Positions 56,001-64,000 of a stretch of 64,000 nt of DNA are shown one piece after another (the first letter of the stretch is position 1; every line of letters starts with the position of its first letter). The notes under the pieces were generated by a model, which saw only the letters and a list, made by a program, of their open reading frames with translations, was not told the DNA's origin and made no database searches. Both the position numbers and the translations under genes were made by a program. Origin of the DNA: Yuukianura sp. NJ FZ-2021 (lineage: Eukaryota); assembly GCA_046563655.1 (NCBI GenBank), contig CM102285.1, forward strand, positions 12,276,001-12,340,000. Reading direction: 5' to 3'.

Positions 56001-59000
56001 GCTTAATTATAGCAAACAAATATTGTTCCAAAACTTGTCTTGGCACAGTGTTCAAACAGAAAAGCCCTACAATAACTTACTACACTTGAGTCACAAAACT
56101 TCATTTTCATTTCAAAGTTCTGTAGCAGCCCCAGCAGCTTCTTTCATCATAATAACAACAAATGCAAACTTCCTGTTACCAAACATCCTTGTTCTGCCGC
56201 TGAAGAGTAACGTTTTCTAAAGAACAAGAACAACTAACTTGAAAATTGAAAACCAGGGGTGGCTCAATAATGCCCTTTAGCTTCTCTCTTGTAAAGCAAT
56301 TTCACCTTAACATTTACCCTGTTCCTCCAGAAAATAACTTTCACCGTTGATAGGAAACGTTAATTAATCATTAATCACCAACAAGCTACTGCTTTCTTCT
56401 TCATCTTGACTACAATTACTTCACTACCGTCAGCTCCTGATGAAAGTTACATGAGATGCTCATTGCTTTTTTCGAAAAGCTTCTTTTTTTTCAAAAATTC
56501 ATTTCTGTACTGGCTTTCTCCGTTACTACTCTGACATAAATATGTTCTAGGGAGTAAATTTTTGCTTTTTACGTGAGAGAAATGGATCGGAATTAGAGTT
56601 CCGGTTCCGCCATAGATCACTACCATTTTCCTTTTCATAGCTTTAGTATATTTTTCTTTTGGCAAAGTGCCAATTCCCAATCCAATGTCTTATATTCTAC
56701 GTTTTCCTTGGGAGGGCTTAGTAGCTCTCTTTCCTTTTAGCATTGGCTGAAGGACGGAGAGCTTTTAGGAAGAATGAAAAGCCATATAGAACTGAATCTC
56801 CAATGACAATAAATGTTGAAATGTCTTTCAACGGATAGAAATCTCTCAGCCTCCAGAATTATATTGGAAAATCGAGTACAAATATCTTCTCGAGCTCCAG
56901 TTTCTAGCAAGAACGCGACAAAGACTGTTTTCACTTTTCCAATTTTGTATGAAAACCTTTCACTTTTCATAACCTCAACAAAAGCTTAATAAAAAACTGA
57001 AAAGGTGAGAGCACCTCAGGGTGCCGGAGCTACCAACAGAGCCACCGACATGTAAAATTCAATTGACTTTCATCGAAATAACAAAGGGACCCCACTGTGT
57101 TCTTCAGCTTTTTTCCACTTTACAGTAGTACATGCGAAATCTCAGCATAAAATGTTGTGGTTTTCCAGTTATTGACTGATTGAAAAGTTTAAACTGATTT
57201 AAGGACCACCGCGGGGTACTTCAACACACAACAAAAACTTTTTACCTTAACAAGAAAGAAAAATCAAAAAGCTTTCATGGATTTTCCATTTTTCACTTTC
57301 CAAAAACATTCCAGAAAAAGAGAAAGTTACCTTCAAAATTGATTCCTTGATGTTTGTAGATTTTTCAGCCAAGGAGCGTCTTCTTCCTGGAGGATCATCA
57401 CTTCTCGCTTTAAGTACAAAACCACCTCGAACATCATCCATTCGGCGGTCCCTTCATCATTAATAAGAAATGTAAAGAAAAGAAACAAGTTTGCATTATA
57501 AATGATCCTCAAACATGCAACATTTTCTTCTGCAAACTCAAGATAGCAACAATACAGCAGCAGCAAGGCTAACAGACTTTCACCATTAGTCAAAATCTGC
57601 TTCTGCCAGTCAGGTTTCTGACTCATTTCAAACTTATTTCCATTTTCCCAGGAAAAGTAAAGAAAAATGCAGTAAGAGAAGACTGCAGTTTGAGGGAAGT
57701 AGTAGTCTGGTCATTCATAACTACGTTTTCAGCTATCATGCCAGACTCTCTCAAGCCAAATTCAGTATTTTTTACCTTTCAGATGTGGGTTCTGCGGCTG
57801 AATCGCTTTTGAGCGATGCCATGGATCCTGTTGGTGCTTTGGGACGGAAATGTGATGCCATGCCAAAAGGGGCACTGGTTCGTACGCCATACCCATGCCT
57901 CAGTCCACGAAGCCATTGCCCTTGGTACGTCCCTGTATATTTCAGACACAAAAAAATACAAAATTGAATGAATCGCGTCTGGTTTTCAAAAATTTATACT
58001 TTCTCTCTCCCACTTCTAAAAATTCATTCACACTTTTCCATTAAAAGTTCATTCATCCCCGCCGAGAATCTCTTGATTCCGTTTCAGCTCCACGGCTCCT
58101 CTTGTCCTCACGATCTAAAATTGTACTCTAAAAACTATACTGTTCGAAGCACACTGTTTGCTAAAATCTGCAGAAGATGATGACAGAGACAGAGAGATAG
58201 AACTTGGAATCACGGAAACAAAGCGCATAGCGTATCTCAACATTTAATTTCTGCTGTAACTTTATGTATCAAAAATACCTCCCACTGATCCCAAACTTTT
58301 CGAAATCCTTCAACTTCCAGCTCACAGCGTTACAAAACTTTCCAAAAACAACTTAAGCCTTCAGTATATCCCAAATCTAGTGTTTAAGCTCTTCTAAATC
58401 AAAGTGGGGAGGAGATTGGGCAAAGTTTGCCTTAGAAGAACCCACGTAATAAATGAATTTAGAGCTTCTTAGAAAAGAACTGAACGAGACAGAATGAAAA
58501 GAAAAAAGAGAAAGTCAGGAGAAAGGATTTGGAATGATTCAAAATGAAATTGAAACTCCAACGAGAGCCATACTTTAAAAAAAAGGTGGCTTCCAGAAGA
58601 AAGTATAAGAAAGTGAGTGGTCGAAGATGATCACTTAGAAAATCCAATAGTCCTCTTGTTTCAGCACACGCCACAAAAATCTCTAAGATCTTCTCTTGAT
58701 CCACTTTAGATCACCGAGCAACTCCTTTCCCAAGGCACAAATCCACGAACAATCTTGTGGAATTGAAGAAATCAAGCTAACATTAAGGAGAAATGGGATA
58801 TTTGGAATTCTTCTAGTAACCACCACTTGAGAAACCCAACTTTTACTTTCACCAGAACAACTGGAAATGCTGGCAATGTCTATAATAGCACTTCAACATT
58901 TAATTAACCCGATTTTTTTTTTCAACCTAATTCAAGCAATTATTTTCTTTCACCAATTTCAAGAATTTCGAATAACTTTCAATTAACTTTCTTTGTTAAT

Positions 59001-62000
59001 TTAATTCCAACTTAGGTTAGTATTTGAATGAAGCGGTAGAATAACCTAATCTAGCTGAACATAACATACCCTAGCTCATTTCGAAAAAAAAATCAACCTT
59101 TCAATTTTTGTTGCAATCACTTCATTAATTAAAAACCAGCGAAACTTACTTTTTGAAAACTGAAACCTGAAAGTATTTTTCTTTTGTTCAATAAATTATG
59201 AGCTCCAAACTTTTTTAAATACTTTCGGAACTTTTTCCCCCTCATTTTTCCTTCCCTCGTTCTTTTTTTTTAAATGAGTAACCTAGTACAGTAAATTCTC
59301 TAAATAAGGGACAGGAGCTCCTCCTCTTTCTCACTTTCACTCGAAGTCGCGGTACCGTAAAGTTTTAATTTTGGAGGGAACGTATGTTTCAGTTTATCGG
59401 CTTATTTTTTACGATTGTTTTTTTTTTTTTGGTTAATTTTTTTTGGTGCGAAACAAAAGTAATTAGATAGGTAATATATGTAAAATATAAAATATACAAA
59501 CTGCGCAACAGCGCACAAACTGCGCAACAGCGCACAAGCTGCGCAACAGCGCACAAACTGCGCAACAGCGCACAAGCTGCGCAACATCGCACAAACTGCG
59601 CAACTGCGCACAAGCTGCGCAACAGCGCACAAGCTGCGCAACTGCGCACAAGCTGCGCAACTGCGCACAAGCTGCGCAACAGCGCACAAGCTGCGCAACA
59701 GCGCACAAACTGCGCAACAGCGCACAAACTGCGCAACAGCGCACAAACTGCGCAACAGCGCACAAACTGCGCAACAGCGCACAAACTGCGCAACTGCGCA
59801 TAAACTGACCGTTTACCAGAAATCTTACGGTACTGGGGGAGGCGCCTACTACCAATCCTCCAATAGTGATTTTTTCCCTTATTTAGAGAATCCACTGTAG
59901 TACTACATTTTCGCTAAGAAAATGAAAAAAAAAATTCGTCTTTTGAATATTTGATCTTTGATTTACTCCAAGTCTCAAGTGTCGCAAAAGCACTAACACT
60001 AACTTCAAAGTTTTCACTTCTGCTTCGTCAAATCACTAAAAAATGTACCACCAAACAAAGTAGAAATTTTACGTCCCAAAATCTTATAAAAAATGAAAAC
60101 CCTTATAAATTGCTGTCCTCCTCAGTTTCAAAGGAACTTTCTCTTTTCCTCTCTGCGTCTCTCCTGAAACTCCATGAATATTTCTTCAGAACCTCGCGGT
60201 AGTTATGTCGCAAGTAAAGATTAAATGTGGTGACTTTTGCTACACCTTTCTCTGATGAAAGCCCGTGAAACTGCCTCCCACTCCATGTTTCTCCTTAATT
60301 TTAATAAATAAAATCCCACGCGGGTATAACAATAATCCAGAACTCTTGTTTTTGCTCTCTTCCTAAGGAAAAGTCAGACTTTCTCCCCTTGGCAAGACGA
60401 AGATTCGCTAGAAAAGACAAAGCGGAAATTGTCTCAACTTTCTCTTTTCAAAAGAAATCCAAAAGTCTCCATATCCCCCACCAAAAGTTTTCTTTTTCCT
60501 CTGTTCCTTACACAAAATCTGTCCGAATCCAACAAAAAAGAAACCTCTTAAGAATCACATAAGAATGAAAAGAAGAAAGCGTTTCCTCTCTCTCCCCTTA
60601 ACTTTCTCCGTTCCTGCCAAGTTAGTCAAGCATGAGTTATGGTGGGACAGTCTGTCCTCCTCCCCTTCTATCCTACGAATCTTCCATCTTTCCTACCCTC
60701 TCCGGCCTTTTGATTTGGAACAAACTCTGTTCTAACAATTTCTAACAAACACTTTCTCCACGCACTTTCACAATTCTCGCCCTCTTCAACCAACCCATGA
60801 ACTCCCGGGAACTTCCAAATTGACTCCGTAGTTCAAAAAATCCAGAACAAACATCACAAATGCAAAACCAAAAACCTTCAATTCGAATTTCGAACGCCAG
60901 AACACGAAATGTACGCAGTGATTTGAATATTTAAAGGGAAAAATGTTAGAAGAGGGAGAAAATTTGAGAAAAGCCTAAGTGCAGCAAAACTTCGTGCCCA
61001 AAGTTCTAGAAAACTAGAGAACTTTGAGTACTCTAACCGGATTTGAAAGTTTGAAATCAGACATCCATCCTGGGGATCCAAACTGCAACCAAATTTAATC
61101 TCGTCCATTAATTTCAATTCCAGGACTTTTGAATATCTTAGTTTTCCCTTTGGGAAAGTTTTTTCTGCCAAAAAAAAGTTTTGACTCTAGGGATTGGAGA
61201 GAAGTCGGGATTTCAAAGAAAAACAAGCGAGTGACCTCAATTGACGTTGACAGGGAATTGGAATTGGTTGGTCCGGAGGAGACAAGAAATCAGAAGACAC
61301 ACAGGGTCATGGACTATGTTAAAACTTTTGGTTAAGTCAAAAAATCTGTCCATCCCATTTAACTTGTTTAGAACAAATATCCCCTTGGATTACATAAGTT
61401 CCAATTGCCAAAAAACTTTTGGTTTCTAAACTCTGATTTGTCGCAAGATCCCACAACTTTCTCTCTTTTTTCAGTCCACGAGTTCCTTGTTTGCGAAACA
61501 AAATAAATCAAAAAAATTCCTACACTTCCGTCGCAAAACGACAAATTCCTAACTTTAAGGAAGAACAAACTAAATTTTTGCTATCTTGATTACAAATACT
61601 TCGTTAAATTGAGATTAACTAGATTGATTCTTGGCTATTAAGGAGAAGGAGCAAGGTCTCTACTCTTTATCAATGTTAGCCGCTGCTGCTGCTACTCTTG
61701 GCTTTCTTCCAGAATTCCGCCGTTAGTTTTAGCATTAGATCCATTGAGTCTTGTACTTGTGCCTCTCACGAAAAACAGTCAAGTCTACCTACACAGTTTG
61801 ATCCTTCCTTTCCAAAATCTCATTCCATTCCATTAATTCCAATCCATACTAACATTTCTGCACAAGGAGAAGTGGAATTCCTTTCTTCAGGAAGTCCTGA
61901 ATTCCAAATTCAAGTAAAAAAAATCTCCCTACTCTAACTTTCTTTCACCTTCGGGATTGGATTCGCCGGAGAAAGTTGATTTAGAAGACACTTTGCAATC

Positions 62001-63672
62001 TCTTTGCAAAATAAACAGCCGAATTCAACAAACACATCGCCACTTTCACTCTCACGCCTCTCGAAATTCGAAAGTTGATGGTTCTAAGGAAATTATTTTT
62101 AGGATTTCTCATTTAAGCTGTAAGAGATTTCTCCGAAATTTACGATCCCGCAAGTTCCAGCCTCTTGAAATCCTAGTTGATGCCTCAGCCTAGCTAAGTT
62201 CAGACCCCGCCAATTCCAGTCTCCGTTTCCATTTGAATGCCGTTAAGTAATGGGTGATACCACGCTAAAAACCTTTAGTCAATTTCCTCTCAGGATTCGT
62301 AGATTTAGGGAGAGAAACGTAGACCTAACAGGAACACGGGGAGAAAGGCGTGTCAAGCCAAAAAGGCTATGACTTTAAGTTGGTTCTAGTGGAGCGAACA
62401 GTGTTCTGGCTCGTTGAATTGCCGCCTGCTAAGGTGATGATAAATGCGAATCCGCCTCAACTCATTTTCGGATAGCACGAAAAATCATGAAATGACGCAA
62501 ACGCATTACCTTAAGTGCAACTTTTAAAAGAAAGTAGCAAGTATAATGCTACTCACTTTCTCCCGTTACTATTCTAAAAGAAACGTAATCAGAAATTGTG
62601 TTCATGAAATTCCCTTAAGCTGTACAGTGCCCTGGCCCTATTACCTTCTAAAGCTTATCTAACTCAGACTGTCATGTTGCGGTTTTACACCGAAAGCCAC
62701 TAAAACACTGCCCAAAACGCAAACAAAAATTATCAACAAAAATTACGTCCACAAAATTTCCCTAAACAAACAACAACAAAACATCCGACACAAAATTGCA
62801 CAAAATCAGTCAACAACTAAACAGAATTTCACAGTTTTGCATCAACGTCACTTCATTTAAACTCCGAATTCCGTTATATGACACAGATTTTCGAAGCAGT
62901 TATCAATTCACGAAAACTTTGAGAAAATTGACTTAATTTTCCCCTAAACTTTTTCTATGTGTTTTTCTTTTTTTGCTCAAAAACTTGTCAAATTCTGATG
63001 CCAATTTGTGTCTTTGAAATGCTTGTAAAAATGTGTTGATGAAATTTACGCAGACCTTTTTGTTTTAGTTAGCGAACTCTGGTGACGAAAACTTGCCATC
63101 TACACTCCCTCAAAATGTTCAATTACATTGTATCATGCTGTGAAACACTTAAAGAACCTTAGCTTGTTAACTTTCCTGCACAAAATGATAGAACAACTTA
63201 TGGGAATTGCAAACTTTTTACACTTACAAAGAATATAGGCTGCCTATTTTCCTTCCCTACTGCGAAAGAATCGACACAACTAATCCTGCTTTCTCCATTC
63301 CTTCAACTTTCAATTTCAATTGAAGTGACTACGTGATCCTCAACTAAGCCACCACGTTACCCCATATCCCCCTTCATTTGGAACCAACTCCAACATTCAC
63401 TTATACTCCCCAGCATCCAGCAGTACATACGACAATTTTTAGCGGATCAATGACTTTACCTCCATCAGCGTAAGCCTCTGATCCGTAACCATCTTGAAGT
63501 CCGTTGGCCCACGTTCCTTCGTACTTAGCAGCGGACGCCGTCGCCTGGCGTACTCCATATCGTCCCTTGAATCCCTGAGTCCACTCTCCACGATATGTCC
63601 ACCGTCCCCGATACTCCATTCCAAGTCCATGCCGCTTTCCATTTTGCCATTGACCCTCGAACGTGCTTCCAC
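50030..63672 (-). CDS. jp: Junctophilin (partial; 5' exon(s) beyond the window end)
   Basis: MORN repeats ([42 protein letters not shown]), helical [16 protein letters not shown], low-complexity region, KRKKSLPD and C-terminal TM exon 50116-50030 [28 protein letters not shown]. Confidence 0.93.
59289..59897. mobile_element. Tc1/mariner/pogo-type MITE (609 bp) in a junctophilin intron with internal satellite
   Basis: 23-bp TIR CAGTaaATTCTCTAAATAAGGGA versus CAGTggATTCTCTAAATAAGGGA, with TA on both sides. Confidence 0.85.
59496..59807. repeat. 19-bp minisatellite CTGCGCAAC(A/T)GCGCACAA(A/G), about 16 copies
   Basis: Visible tandem array. Confidence 0.95.
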
Positions 63673-64000
63673 TAGAAAAAAGAAAACACAAAATCCAGAG
63701 TCAAAATACTGCCAGTATTCTAGGAACTTAGCAAGTAACAGCAGATATGGAGGTTAACCGATTCCTAGGGAGCAATTCTACAATAGTTTTTTTGAAGTCC
63801 TTCTGCTTTTAAGCCATATTTATAATAATATTCTCCCCAGTCAGCCTAAACCTGAGGAAATACTTGCCCTTTTAAGTTAAAATTTCAATTTCCGAATTCC
63901 ATCCACGTCAAACCAACACACCGAGGCAATATAAAGTTCATTTCAATATGAATACTCCCTCAAAAAGAGTTATGTGTACCGTGCTATATAAAAGATCTTC

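Noticed and set aside
59389..59895. Cys-rich repetitive ORFs / CRISPR-like periodicity
   Set aside because: This is a 19-bp tandem satellite with no unique spacers and no cas genes, in a eukaryotic context.

Overview
Gene-dense eukaryotic DNA with short GT-AG introns. It is most consistent with an arthropod or hexapod, but the taxon is inferred from gene content only. There are no prokaryotic features, CRISPR arrays, rRNAs or tRNAs. Genes in order: Cys-rich Ly6/three-finger-like type I membrane protein (+); compact, divergent Pol eta-like Y-family DNA polymerase (-); claudin-superfamily protein (-); second Ly6-like paralog (+); adenylosuccinate lyase (+); Loqs/TRBP-like 3x dsRBD protein (+); secreted PI-PLC X-domain protein (+); U2AF small subunit (+); saccharopine dehydrogenase-like oxidoreductase (+); small 84-aa membrane ORF tightly linked to Tim10 (+); Su(dx)/WWP/Itch HECT ligase (-); Rab3GAP1 (+), whose 13.3-kb intron hosts an antisense LRR-FN3-TM gene; and junctophilin (-, 5' end outside the window). 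Four non-autonomous inverted-repeat elements are present. Main points of interest: (1) the Pol eta-like protein keeps its catalytic acids but has Asp at the steric-gate position, an altered dNTP-binding motif and no regulatory tail; (2) two MITEs with unrelated termini both carry TGCGCA-based satellites; (3) a probable bicistronic small-ORF/Tim10 unit; (4) the nested LRR gene; (5) a GC-AG intron in the U2AF gene.
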